Shown piece by piece: positions 34,282-44,033 of a DNA stretch of 64,000 bases (positions are counted from its first letter, which is position 1; each line of letters begins with the position of its first letter). The stretch lies in the NCBI GenBank assembly GCA_000004985.1, contig GG738860.1; one strand, 5' to 3'. Origin of the DNA: Naegleria gruberi (Eukaryota). A program made the position numbers and the translations under genes. The notes below the pieces were generated by a model. It searched no databases. It was not told the origin of the DNA and saw only the letters and a program-made list of their open reading frames with translations.

Positions 34282-34654
34282 TGTTACGAATTTAGTCAAA
34301 AAATAGTCCTTTTACAACCGGGTAACCACAAATGGACTAATTTGTTCCTTATTGCATCTGGTGGGCTGATTAGAATAATTTTCAAATTATCCTTCTTTTG
34401 AAACAATTTTAATCTTCTATTGAACATCAAGACCTAGATTATCATTCGCAACAGACGAATATTTAGTTGAGTTAATTCATATTTCCAACCTAGGAGAAAA
34501 AACATTGGCAAAGTTATCAGCTATTACCCACCTAAAAGATAATACATTGGAAAAGTTATCAAGTCTTGATGGAAAGGATGTTCGTCGATTCAGAAATCAG
34601 AATTCATAATGTTACAATCAATTCATAATGTTAATCCTTATATGGAACAATGAA

Positions 34655-35956
34655 TTATTTTCTACAACAATAATCCCAAATATTCTCAATAAAAGAGTGA
34701 TATGGCTTATTTTGGAACTTTGATATGCATAGATCAATGTCCTGTTTAGTAGTAATGATAAGATCATGTAGATCATCTTGGAAAGGTTTTAGTCTATTTC
34801 TGTAATTATTTCTAATAAACTCAATCCCTGGTGGCTTCATAAAAGGGCATACCAACCACCTCAAACAACGTCTCTTTCTTAAGTTAAATTTCTGGGACAT
34901 GTGCTGAACATCCAAATCTATTTCTTGTTTGTAGCTGTTCTTATTCCTGCAAACACCAATGTTTTTAGGATCTGTTGTTTCATATAATCGTAAGGCTTCC
35001 TCTGGTTGATATTTGTCTGTAATGAGATCTGAAACGGTAGTCATTGCAGCCATAACAAGTATTGGTTTATCATTATTGTTAAGTGGCTTCAAGAAAAATA
35101 CTCCATCAGGACCCATACTATCATCTGGCTTTGAGAATGAATCTGCAAAAAAACTATCTAACATGGCATACCATAATCCTGGTATAAGAGAGGAATTACC
35201 AGTCTTTTTGTTGAGTGTTGGATCTCTAACGAATGTGTTTAGAGCTAGTGTGTAATTCTGGTAGGATTTCGGAAGTTCAGCAAATAAGGAAGTTGTTTTG
35301 ATTGAATTTTCCTTAGAATGATAGCTCTCCTCTAGCAAGAGCATCATAATAAATGTTTCAAACACACTTTCTATATTTTCTTTGTGTTCAGAGATATATT
35401 CCCACATTGGACCTCTGTATGCTTCAAACATAGTCTGAAAATATACTTTGAATAATATGGGGTCGACTAGGTCGAAAATAAAGCCATCGCCTCGTTTTAA
35501 AACGTGAGCAAAGGTTGTTTCCACTAGAGCGCAGCTTAGCTTTGAATCAATAAAAGTGCTGCTTTCCATGAGACATTCATGTCTGAATAGTAATTTGAAT
35601 ATGATATCGATTGCACCTTCTTGCTTGAGAAGAGATTTGATTCTCTTTTTTGCTGATTTTCTTTTGTTCTCAACCACCTTGTTCACAGCTTCAATCATGT
35701 CTATGTTAGGATATAATAGCATCATTCTATGAAATGAAACTACGTACTCAGGTGATCCAGAAAGGCTACTTGGAGCATCCTTTTTAGAACTCGTAACAAT
35801 AGCATCAACCAAGGTACCATCACACCCTAGGAAATACAAGAAGGCAAGGTGGTGCCTATTCTTTCGAGTTCCTTGTTTAAGGTGCATGTACAAGGAAACT
35901 ACCTCACTTGCAGTCCATGACGAATAATCAGCGTAGTGCAGAGTGTGTTTGAGCAT
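34655..35956 (-). CDS. Hypothetical protein, 433 aa.
   Basis: Intact ORF with a real ATG. No domain recognised. Confidence 0.5.
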   Translation of the reverse strand: MLKHTLHYADYSSWTASEVVSLYMHLKQGTRKNRHHLAFLYFLGCDGTLVDAIVTSSKKDAPSSLSGSPEYVVSFHRMMLLYPNIDMIEAVNKVVENKRKSAKKRIKSLLKQEGAIDIIFKLLFRHECLMESSTFIDSKLSCALVETTFAHVLKRGDGFIFDLVDPILFKVYFQTMFEAYRGPMWEYISEHKENIESVFETFIMMLLLEESYHSKENSIKTTSLFAELPKSYQNYTLALNTFVRDPTLNKKTGNSSLIPGLWYAMLDSFFADSFSKPDDSMGPDGVFFLKPLNNNDKPILVMAAMTTVSDLITDKYQPEEALRLYETTDPKNIGVCRNKNSYKQEIDLDVQHMSQKFNLRKRRCLRWLVCPFMKPPGIEFIRNNYRNRLKPFQDDLHDLIITTKQDIDLCISKFQNKPYHSFIENIWDYCCRK

Positions 35957-36091
35957 TTTTTTGCTGTATTGTGAGGTTTAATCCATCGCGACATTAACCC
36001 ATCCAATATATTTGTAGAATGGTCTTACCTCTGCACCCACTTCTATTATGATCAAATTTCTTATGGTACACCACTAAAAAATCCAGAAAAT

Positions 36092-37198
36092 TTAATCATC
36101 TGATTTTATCAGAAATCCAAGTTGAGAAATTACTGGCTTTCTTTTTTCTGAGCTATTAATGGTTTCAGAAATTAGATGTCCATTTTCATATTCTATAATT
36201 GTAAATGGTTCTCCATTAGCATAAAATGATTTACAAACTCCATGTATTTTTCCATCTTGATAATTAGATTCCCCTTTTAAATAGTAACTATTAGGATCAC
36301 CAGAGTAATGATAATGTTTGGAGATTCCGTGACGCTTTCCATTTTTGAAATTGGATATTTCAGTAATTGTACTATCTTTTCCTTCGTAGATAATCTTCTC
36401 ACCATGATATTTTCCATTCTCGTAGTGACATTCTACATCCTTGACGACCACTTTCTGATTTTTGGAATAAATTATCTTATTCTCTACCAATTTACCAAAT
36501 AGTTTGTCATTCTTATATGAGTAGGTTCTCTCCACAACGTATGGAGAATTGAAATACTTGATAAAATCTCCATGCTTTTTCCCATTCTCAAAGTGTCCAA
36601 TTTGCATAATCTGCCCTGTTTTGAAGTAATCGATAGTTTCTCCATGTTTCTTTCCATCTTTATATCCAACAATTGATTTGATACTTGTAGCGCCTAACTT
36701 TGAAATAATCGTATTATCAATAAATTTTGAACAATTAGGATCATTAACATGTTCATCAATTAAATCCTCAATAATAGAATGTTTACCCTTTTCAATATGA
36801 ATAATGAGCATATTCCCTTGTTTATATCCCAAATTAATCCTCACAATCGATAACTGCGTCTTTTTCTGTTCAATTTGCAAAATATCATGTTTTATATTCA
36901 ACCTAACAATATGATTCGTTACAAAATAATCACTCCTCTGAAAATTATACCAACAAGAACAGACCAATCGAATCCGATTCAAATCTTTCCCAGTCATGAA
37001 CGGAAAAACATTTTCCAAAAAGACATCTTGTAAATAAAAGGGAATTATTAATAATTCGGAATCATCCAATCTCTTCTTTCTTGATGGTTCCTCTGAATTG
37101 AAATCAGGAATTATTTCATCATCAAAGGCAATTTCTAATTTTCTCTTTTTTCCATCTTTATCATCAGGGTTGAAATTATTTAAATTGTTGTTAAGCAT
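36092..37198 (-). CDS. F-box-like / MORN-repeat protein, about 369 aa from the first ATG.
   Basis: F-box-like IIPFYLQDVFLENVFPFMTGKDLNRIRLVCSCWYNF. Repeated MORN-like Y.NGK.HG…Y.NG units. Confidence 0.65.
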   Translation of the reverse strand: MLNNNLNNFNPDDKDGKKRKLEIAFDDEIIPDFNSEEPSRKKRLDDSELLIIPFYLQDVFLENVFPFMTGKDLNRIRLVCSCWYNFQRSDYFVTNHIVRLNIKHDILQIEQKKTQLSIVRINLGYKQGNMLIIHIEKGKHSIIEDLIDEHVNDPNCSKFIDNTIISKLGATSIKSIVGYKDGKKHGETIDYFKTGQIMQIGHFENGKKHGDFIKYFNSPYVVERTYSYKNDKLFGKLVENKIIYSKNQKVVVKDVECHYENGKYHGEKIIYEGKDSTITEISNFKNGKRHGISKHYHYSGDPNSYYLKGESNYQDGKIHGVCKSFYANGEPFTIIEYENGHLISETINSSEKRKPVISQLGFLIKSDD

Positions 37199-37367
37199 TT
37201 TTTTTGAAATTACCAAAAATTTAGTAAGTTTACAATTTTTCAAACAAAGTGTGAATTTCGATCGAGTTCGTTCCACACAAATTTTTAATTATATTAAAAA
37301 AAAATGTCATCGATGACTGGCCCACCTTGATGATACACCTCTGCCACCTCTTCGATTACCAAGAGAT
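37199..37367. promoter_or_regulatory. Short shared (bidirectional) promoter region between two divergently oriented F-box genes.
   Basis: A 169-bp AT-rich spacer lies between the ATG at 37198 (minus strand) and the ATG at 37368 (plus strand). Confidence 0.4.
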
Positions 37368-38705
37368 ATGTATTGTGAAATCATGTCATTTGTCGATTCA
37401 CATACAATTATTTTGACATGTTCATTGATTTCCAAAGAGTGGTACGAATTAATCACGGAGAGTATGAAATTATCGGTCAATTTTAGAAAATTAAAATTCA
37501 ATAATCAAACATTAGATTTGATAATCAAGAGTAAATTTAAGAATTGTGTTACAGATTTAAAATTAACACACACTGCTGACAATACGAAAATTACAGAATT
37601 TACAAAATGGGCAGCAAATATTGCCCAACTTGAACAGTTGAAAAGTCTGGAAATTTCATCCGATCACAAGGTTGGTTATGATGGTGCAAAAGTTATTGGT
37701 CAATTGAAGCAGTTAACCAAGCTCGATATTAGTTTTAATACGATTGGAGCTGAAGGTGCTAAATTTATTGGAGAAATGCAACAATTGACCTATCTAAATA
37801 TTTATGGGAATTCTCTTACAAGTGAAGGAATAAGATTCATTAGTCAATTGACCAATTTAACATATCTAAACGTGCGTTTTAATGAAGATTTTAGATTTGG
37901 AGGACATGATAAAGGTCTTGAAGGAGCTCAATATTTAAGAAATTTACAAAAACTAACAAGTCTTGACATTGGTTACAATCAAATTGGAAACGATGGAGCT
38001 AAATTTATTGGTGAAATACAGTCATTGACAGAGTTAACAATACGAAACAATAACTTGAAAGCTGAAGGTGTTCGCTGGCTAAGCAAATTGAAAAATCTGA
38101 GATTGCTCAGTATTAATAATAACCATATTAAGGATGAAGGAGTAGTGCACATTTGTAAACTGAAACAGTTAACTCATCTTGACTTGTGGAATACTGAAAT
38201 AACAGCTGAAGGTATTGAATTGGTTTCTAAACAATTACCGAAAGTTACACATCTCCATATCTCCATTAATGTAATTAGAGATGGTACCAAGTTCTTAGGT
38301 GAAATGAAACAGTTGACAACACTTGAAGCAGATGAAATTGAATTAGATGCTGAAGGGCTTAAATATTTAGTTGGTTTGAAAAAATTGAATTTTCTTTCCG
38401 TTAATAATAATTTATTTGGTGCTGAAGGTTGCAAAGTAGTTAGCGAAATGAAACAATTGGAAGAGTTATGTATGAATGACAATAATATTGGAGACAATGG
38501 TGTACAGTATTTATGTGAATTGAAATCATTGACCTCTTTGTGTTTGTGGAATAATAATATTGGAATTGAGGGTGTTAAATTGTTGTGTTCTGGAAATTTG
38601 AATAATTTAACAACACTTGATATCAGAGGTAATCAAATTACAAAATCTGATTCTCATTTATTTGAAAATATGAAACAGTTGACCGAACTTTTGATTGAAT
38701 GGTAA
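37368..38705 (+). CDS. F-box / leucine-rich-repeat (RNI-like LRR) protein, 445 aa.
   Basis: N-terminal F-box-like EIMSFVDSHTIILTCSLISKEWYELI. About 14 tandem 25-28 aa LRRs (L..L.I..N.IG.EGAK.I…). Confidence 0.7.
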   Translation: MYCEIMSFVDSHTIILTCSLISKEWYELITESMKLSVNFRKLKFNNQTLDLIIKSKFKNCVTDLKLTHTADNTKITEFTKWAANIAQLEQLKSLEISSDHKVGYDGAKVIGQLKQLTKLDISFNTIGAEGAKFIGEMQQLTYLNIYGNSLTSEGIRFISQLTNLTYLNVRFNEDFRFGGHDKGLEGAQYLRNLQKLTSLDIGYNQIGNDGAKFIGEIQSLTELTIRNNNLKAEGVRWLSKLKNLRLLSINNNHIKDEGVVHICKLKQLTHLDLWNTEITAEGIELVSKQLPKVTHLHISINVIRDGTKFLGEMKQLTTLEADEIELDAEGLKYLVGLKKLNFLSVNNNLFGAEGCKVVSEMKQLEELCMNDNNIGDNGVQYLCELKSLTSLCLWNNNIGIEGVKLLCSGNLNNLTTLDIRGNQITKSDSHLFENMKQLTELLIEW

Positions 38706-38796
38706 TTAAAAAATTCTTTGCTCTTCCAGAAGAATATATTAGAATTTTGAAAGATTACAATAAATATACAAGGTGGAAGAGATGTTTCACACTTCC

Positions 38797-40443
38797 TCAA
38801 TCATAGGAACCAAAGATAAACAGTAGGTTTGTTTCTGCATACTTATTTCCTTGAAGTTTGGATTTTTGATAGTATTCAATAGCTTTCTCTTTGGATTTTT
38901 CAGTGCCAATACCTTTTTCGAATAGAGTTCCCAAATAGTACTGAGCTTCTGCATGATTTTGGTGGGCTGCTTTACGTAACCATTCAAATGCTTTTGGGAA
39001 ATCTGGAAATTTCGTTCCATTCAAGTAGATCAAACCCAAATTGAATTGAGCATCTGCATCACATTGAGAAGCTGATTTCTCATACCATTGAACTGCTTTC
39101 CCGAATGATTGCTCTGTACCTTGTCCATACTCATACATTACAGCAAGATTATATTGAGCTTCTGAGTGACCTTGTTGAGCTGCCTTCAGATACCATTCAA
39201 AAGCCTTCTTAAATGACTGTTTAGTTCCTCTCCCACTTTCGTACAGTGATGCCAAATTATTTTGTGCATGGACATTCCCTTGGCTGGCTGATTTTTCATA
39301 CCATTTAAAGGCCTTCTCAAAAGACTTGGCAACTACCTTTCCATTCTCGTACAACAGAGCTAGATTATATTGAGCTACTGCATTACCTTGATTGGCTGAT
39401 TCACGGTACCATTTCACTGCCTTTTCCAAAGATAAAGAACCACCTTGTCCATTCTCGTACATGTTTGCTAAATTATTTTGAGCAGTGGCATTTCCAAGAA
39501 GAGCGGCTGCTTTGAATAAATTTCTTGCCTTCCCAAAGGATTTAGAAACTCCCAAACCATCTCTGTACATTAGGCCAAGATTACATAGGGTTATAGGATG
39601 TTCAGGTTGAGTTGCCTTCTCCATATAGTCCATGGTCTTTTCAAAAGAACTGAATTTCGTCTTATTATCCCTTATTAAAACATGTAAATTATTCATTGAA
39701 TTGTTTTGGCCTTGGTTTGATGAAATTTTTACTTGATTTTGCAAAGAGAGAATTTCTTCTTGTAATTGCCTATTCTTCTCCTCAAATTCTTCCATCAATT
39801 CTTTTCGTTTTCTTTCATAATCAGCAATCAGTTCCTCCTCTTTTTGTTTCAGATTTTTAATTCGATTCCTTTCCACTGTTTTCATTACATTTTCAATTTC
39901 CTCCTTCATTCTCGTTTTTAATCCTTCAACATTTTCTTCCAATTCTTCATCCTTCCCGCATTCATCCATCCAATTCGTTGTAATTTCGAGCATTGCCAAA
40001 ATCTCATACAAGTGTCTATAAGCATTCGAGCTTGGCAAAGTTTTTCCTCCTCTGAAATCTTCACCACACAATTCGCAATTTTGAATCTTTTTACAACAGC
40101 CAGAACAGAGCACTCCCTGATGAGGAGGAAATGATTTATATCTGATTGGATTCTTTCTTTCGGACGAACATGAATCATTTTGATCAATACTATTTTCACT
40201 ATTTTGATTTTGAATAATTGATGAAGTTATTAATAATGATTCATAATCATCATCATCATAGTCATGATTCGGAATGAGAATTAGAGGATCTGAATCGAGT
40301 AAATCATCTTGTTCTGTGGAGGGAAAAGTCTGTTTGCTTAATTCCGATTCTTGCTTTTCGATCATTTTTTTTGTTTGAAAACGAATTCCGAGAATGTGGT
40401 TGTTGTAAAACGAATTATTCGGAACTAAACTTTGATTTATCAT
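38797..40443 (-). CDS. Sel1-repeat (TPR-like) protein with an N-terminal Cys-rich zinc-finger-like segment and a coiled coil. The start is uncertain: 40443 is the first ATG, and the ORF-track start at 40476 is a TTG.
   Basis: Seven or more Sel1 repeats (A..NLA.MYE.G.GV..S..KA..WY.KAA.QG). CSGCCKKIQNCELCGEDF Cys cluster. EE/KK coiled-coil segment. Confidence 0.7.
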   Translation of the reverse strand: MINQSLVPNNSFYNNHILGIRFQTKKMIEKQESELSKQTFPSTEQDDLLDSDPLILIPNHDYDDDDYESLLITSSIIQNQNSENSIDQNDSCSSERKNPIRYKSFPPHQGVLCSGCCKKIQNCELCGEDFRGGKTLPSSNAYRHLYEILAMLEITTNWMDECGKDEELEENVEGLKTRMKEEIENVMKTVERNRIKNLKQKEEELIADYERKRKELMEEFEEKNRQLQEEILSLQNQVKISSNQGQNNSMNNLHVLIRDNKTKFSSFEKTMDYMEKATQPEHPITLCNLGLMYRDGLGVSKSFGKARNLFKAAALLGNATAQNNLANMYENGQGGSLSLEKAVKWYRESANQGNAVAQYNLALLYENGKVVAKSFEKAFKWYEKSASQGNVHAQNNLASLYESGRGTKQSFKKAFEWYLKAAQQGHSEAQYNLAVMYEYGQGTEQSFGKAVQWYEKSASQCDADAQFNLGLIYLNGTKFPDFPKAFEWLRKAAHQNHAEAQYYLGTLFEKGIGTEKSKEKAIEYYQKSKLQGNKYAETNLLFIFGSYD

Positions 40444-40576
40444 TTCAACATCCTTATTACTAGGAGAAGTATTCAACTAACCTTAAAGTGCCAATAAAAC
40501 ACTGGTAATCCAACAAGTGTTATTTAATGTAAAAGAGTATTACAATTAAATTGGGAGGTTAAGAAACAAAATTATC

Positions 40577-40648
40577 CTCCCATGCCGGGAATTGAACCCG
40601 GACCTCCTGGGTGAAAGCCAGGTATCCTAGCCATTGGACTACACGGGA
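40577..40648 (-). tRNA. tRNA-Glu (anticodon UUC), second copy, identical to the one at 25639-25710.
   Basis: The plus strand here is the exact reverse complement of the 72-nt tRNA at 25639-25710. It is flanked by a T-rich tract on its 3' side. Confidence 0.85.
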
Positions 40649-40947
40649 TCTCATTGGTTTTCAAAATAATTCCTTAATGAAGGGAATAGGCAATTCCTTA
40701 ATTTTGAATCTTCCTTTCAGTCCAACTTGCTCAACTTGCAGCTGAAACCACTTCCAAAATAAGCCTTACTGTTGTGAACTTTCAAAGAGGATGAAATGCA
40801 AACCATTTCTTGCGCAACTTCCACAAATCAATAAATAGTGCTCACGACAGCGGATACAGAATCCCATAAATGGCACGCTAATCTTAATGATTATGTATTT
40901 CCAATCACAAAAAAACAACTTTAACTGTATTATTAACAAACAACAAA

Positions 40948-41586
40948 ATGGTCTTCAAAATTTATGGTGCTGCTCAATCTACTTGTGTTCAACGTGTTTT
41001 GACCACAATCAAGGAGAAAGGTTTAGAATATGAACTTGTTCCTGTTGATTTAATGAAGGGAGAACACAAGTCACCATCCCACTTGGAAAAGCATCCATTT
41101 GGAGTCATTCCAGGCTTGGAAGATGACGGTTTCTTGATTTATGAATCTCGTGCTATCTGTCGTTATTTAGAAGCCAAACATAAGGGCCAAGGAACTGAAC
41201 TCATTCCAACCGAACTCAAAGCTTTGGGTCTATTCGAACAAGGCGCTTCCATTGAAACTGCTTACTTTGATTCAAATGCCTCTGGTTTAGTTTTTGAAAA
41301 GTTATTTAAGGGAATGATGGGATACGGAGCCGCAGACGAAGCTCGTGTCAAACAATTGAGTGAAAAGTTAGCTCTCAATTTGGATTCCTATGAAAGAGTG
41401 TTGGCTAAACAAGAATTCATTGGTGGAAATCAATTCACCTTAGCCGATTTGTATCACTTACCATATGGAAATTTGTTGTTCGCCATTGGATTGGGTAACT
41501 TATTGTTGGATCGTCCACATGTTAAAGCTTGGTGGGAAAAGATTTCATCAAGACCTTCATGGAAAGCTGTTTCAGGACAACATTAA
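40948..41586 (+). CDS. Glutathione S-transferase, 212 aa.
   Basis: GST N-terminal thioredoxin-like and C-terminal helical domains (ESRAICRYLEAKH…, FIGGNQFTLADL). Single exon with a real ATG. Confidence 0.8.
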   Translation: MVFKIYGAAQSTCVQRVLTTIKEKGLEYELVPVDLMKGEHKSPSHLEKHPFGVIPGLEDDGFLIYESRAICRYLEAKHKGQGTELIPTELKALGLFEQGASIETAYFDSNASGLVFEKLFKGMMGYGAADEARVKQLSEKLALNLDSYERVLAKQEFIGGNQFTLADLYHLPYGNLLFAIGLGNLLLDRPHVKAWWEKISSRPSWKAVSGQH

Positions 41587-41661
41587 TTTTCTAATCTGAA
41601 TTCCAAATATTTCTCTTCCTCTCCTTATATCAATAAATTATTGTAATTATTTTCGAATGTG

Positions 41662-42540
41662 TTAATACTTGTTAAATGTTAAACTTCTTTTGATTCTTAT
41701 ACGAAAAGATAAAACATTTTGTGATTTAACAACAAGTGTTGTTTCAGATTCTTCAATTACTATTTCTTTTGGAATCTGGTTGTGATTGATGGTAAATTTT
41801 GATATTGCTTTAGATTTGTTGGAACGTCCCTTTCTACAAACTTTCTTCAAATCTTTCACAAGTGCCATCATTCGGGGCGTTCCTGTGAATTTATCCATTA
41901 AATCGAAAGCTGTTTGTCCCTCCGAGTTTCTTACAATATCAAGTTTCAATCCTCGAGCAATTAAGACTTGGAGGATTGAATGGTCTGTATATCTTCTAGG
42001 ATTTTTCTTAATTAAACTCAAATAATATCTCGTAACATAATGTGAAATATCGTCTCCATCAATACATCCATAGTATTTGATATTTCTTAATTGTTGTAAA
42101 GGGCTTTTCTCAATAGAAAAATGATAAAGACCGTTCAAATAATGGGTACACAATGATACAAGTTCAGGTTCACCTGAAGAGTAATCAAATCCAATTGTAT
42201 TGGCTTCTGTTACCAATAAGTGAGTATTAATGTTATACCCCATTAATAAATATAAATATCTACACATTCCAAAATTATCAGTATATGAAAAAAAGTTCAA
42301 TTTAGGCATATTCTCAATATGTCCTAAATGGTCCAAAGCTATAAGATAACTATTGTAAAAAGTTTGGATGGGCATTGTTTGATTATTATCTTTCAATTCT
42401 AAACCCAAATGTTGTATTGTTGTACTGAAACAATTGGTTGAATAGTGAACCAAATATCTTCCATTCTCATCTCTAAAGTTAATATCTCTGTATTCTTCAT
42501 ATTTTTTGATTTGTTGATCATTAATGAAAGCAAAATAGAT
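41662..42540 (-). CDS. 3' part of a host gene truncated by the 42551-42600 gap. The C-terminal region has an ankyrin-like repeat.
   Basis: The open frame runs from the gap to a stop. DHSILQVLIARGLKLDIVRNSEGQTAFDLM resembles an ANK repeat. The ORF-track entry 41662-42879 that spans the N run is chimeric. Confidence 0.3.
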   Translation of the reverse strand: MYFAFINDQQIKKYEEYRDINFRDENGRYLVHYSTNCFSTTIQHLGLELKDNNQTMPIQTFYNSYLIALDHLGHIENMPKLNFFSYTDNFGMCRYLYLLMGYNINTHLLVTEANTIGFDYSSGEPELVSLCTHYLNGLYHFSIEKSPLQQLRNIKYYGCIDGDDISHYVTRYYLSLIKKNPRRYTDHSILQVLIARGLKLDIVRNSEGQTAFDLMDKFTGTPRMMALVKDLKKVCRKGRSNKSKAISKFTINHNQIPKEIVIEESETTLVVKSQNVLSFRIRIKRSLTFNKY

Positions 42541-42550
42541 TTTCATCACC

Positions 42551-42600
42551 NNNNNNNNNNNNNNNNNNNNNNNNNNNNNNNNNNNNNNNNNNNNNNNNNN
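42551..42600. other. Assembly gap (50 N) inside or abutting the retroelement.
   Basis: Run of N. Confidence 0.95.
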
Positions 42601-43151
42601 TGAGGATCCCCATCGTTGACCTTTCTTAGATCCAAAATGAATCTGAATTGGTCTGACCCTTTCTTTGGAACTACGTTTATAGGGTTGATAACGATGTTTG
42701 GGGAGTGAACAATTACTCCTTCTTTCAACATGGAACCAATCTCTTTTTGGATCCATTGTTTCTCTGTAGTAGAGAATTTCCTCTGATGGTAATTTTTCCA
42801 ACGATTCGAATCGGAATCTATTGGAATTCCGTTTTGAATCCAATCGTGAATCGTGTTGGAAACACCGAATTCTTGCCATCGGCTGTGAAAACGAGAGAGA
42901 CGACCACCAAGAGGAATGTTGGCATCATTTATTGTTGTTGTTTGAGTTGGAGGAATTTGAAGCGGTTCCACTTGCTTGGTGAGCATTGTTGAATCTTCTG
43001 AAGCCTTGATTGTTGGATTGGTAACTATTACCTTGTCCTTGGTTGAAGTTGTTGTTGTTGTAGTTGTTGTAACCAGCTTGTCTATTATCGTATCTAGTGG
43101 GGAACTTACGAAAATTAGGGGTTCTGCTTGCCCATTTGCTGACTTTTTCAA
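42601..43151 (-). CDS. Retroelement pol ORF, N-terminal part (reverse transcriptase fingers region), truncated at the gap.
   Basis: …WIQKEIGSMLKEGVIVHSPNIVINPINVVPKKGSDQFRFILDLRKVNDG. Confidence 0.6.
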
Positions 43152-43998
43152 TGGTTTCTGCTGCTTTTACTTTTTCAGCAGATTTAATCGCCTTCTCTTG
43201 TTGTTTGGAGGTGATTTGGTCAAGTGAACCTCCTGATTTGTAGCTGTTAGAGAAGTTTTCAGCTGCTTCAAAGCCATTTTTAATGCCCATTCGAATACAG
43301 ACTAGATTTAACTCAGAAATATTCTGAATAAATTCAAATCCTTGAAGAATAAGCGGTAAATCAAGGGTATCACTCTCTCTCAAACGCTTGCAGATTTGAG
43401 AGATGATAAAAGAGTTTGTTAAAAGTAAAGAATAACCTTTACTTTTAATATCTTTTATACCAGATGAATCTGGAATGGGAGTGTCTACTTCTTTTCTGAA
43501 CAACAATTCAAGAGCAGCCATTCTATTCTTGAATTCCAAGTTGTCAGCGTATGGAGCATTGGCTGTTTCGAATAGAAGAGAAACAGCTTCTTCCAACGGC
43601 AAATCTTCTTTCAATGACTCACCAAACATTCTTTGGTAAGAGTCGATGACGTGGTTTTTAAACCAATCATCTGGTTCATCAGCAACTCTTGCTCTTTTAC
43701 CAGAAACCTCTTCAGATGGGTTGGACTCAAACAATTCCATCGAAGAAGCGAGAGCAGAAGCACCTTGTGAACCAACCTTGGCGTTGTTTGAGTCTTTGCC
43801 AGGTGATATCTTTTGTTGATTGTTCTTCTTGTTCTTCTTTGTGTCTTGAACAGGAGGAGGTGAAGGCATAGCAGAACTATCAGATGAATTTGAGGTGGAA
43901 GGAGTTAGAACAATGACTCGTTGCTCGCTACCTGCAGAAGGTGAGCTAAGGTCTTTCGTTTTCTTGTTGTTCTTTGGTGTAGTTGGTGTTGGGGCCAT
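42925..43998 (-). CDS. Retroelement gag-like ORF, 357 aa, with an N/Q-rich C-terminus.
   Basis: It lies immediately upstream of and overlaps the RT ORF. It is hydrophilic and has no CCHC knuckle. The gag assignment rests on position. Confidence 0.45.
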   Translation of the reverse strand: MAPTPTTPKNNKKTKDLSSPSAGSEQRVIVLTPSTSNSSDSSAMPSPPPVQDTKKNKKNNQQKISPGKDSNNAKVGSQGASALASSMELFESNPSEEVSGKRARVADEPDDWFKNHVIDSYQRMFGESLKEDLPLEEAVSLLFETANAPYADNLEFKNRMAALELLFRKEVDTPIPDSSGIKDIKSKGYSLLLTNSFIISQICKRLRESDTLDLPLILQGFEFIQNISELNLVCIRMGIKNGFEAAENFSNSYKSGGSLDQITSKQQEKAIKSAEKVKAAETIEKVSKWASRTPNFRKFPTRYDNRQAGYNNYNNNNFNQGQGNSYQSNNQGFRRFNNAHQASGTASNSSNSNNNNK

Positions 43999-44033
43999 TG
44001 TGATAATTTTTTGAGCATGGAAAAATACTCAAC

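Larger units (their letters stand above)
42601..43998 (-). mobile_element. Retroelement fragment of the protease-less DIRS/Ngaro-like type: a gag-like ORF followed directly by the RT N-terminus. It is truncated by the gap.
   Basis: A gag-like ORF (43998-42925) overlaps a pol ORF in the +1 frame by about 225 nt. The pol ORF carries RT motifs HSRWQEFGVSNTIHDWIQNGIPI and VVPKKGSDQFRFILDLRKVN. No D(T/S)G protease motif lies between gag and RT. A second near-identical 315-bp copy is at 61033-61347, and both are bounded by N runs. Confidence 0.65.
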
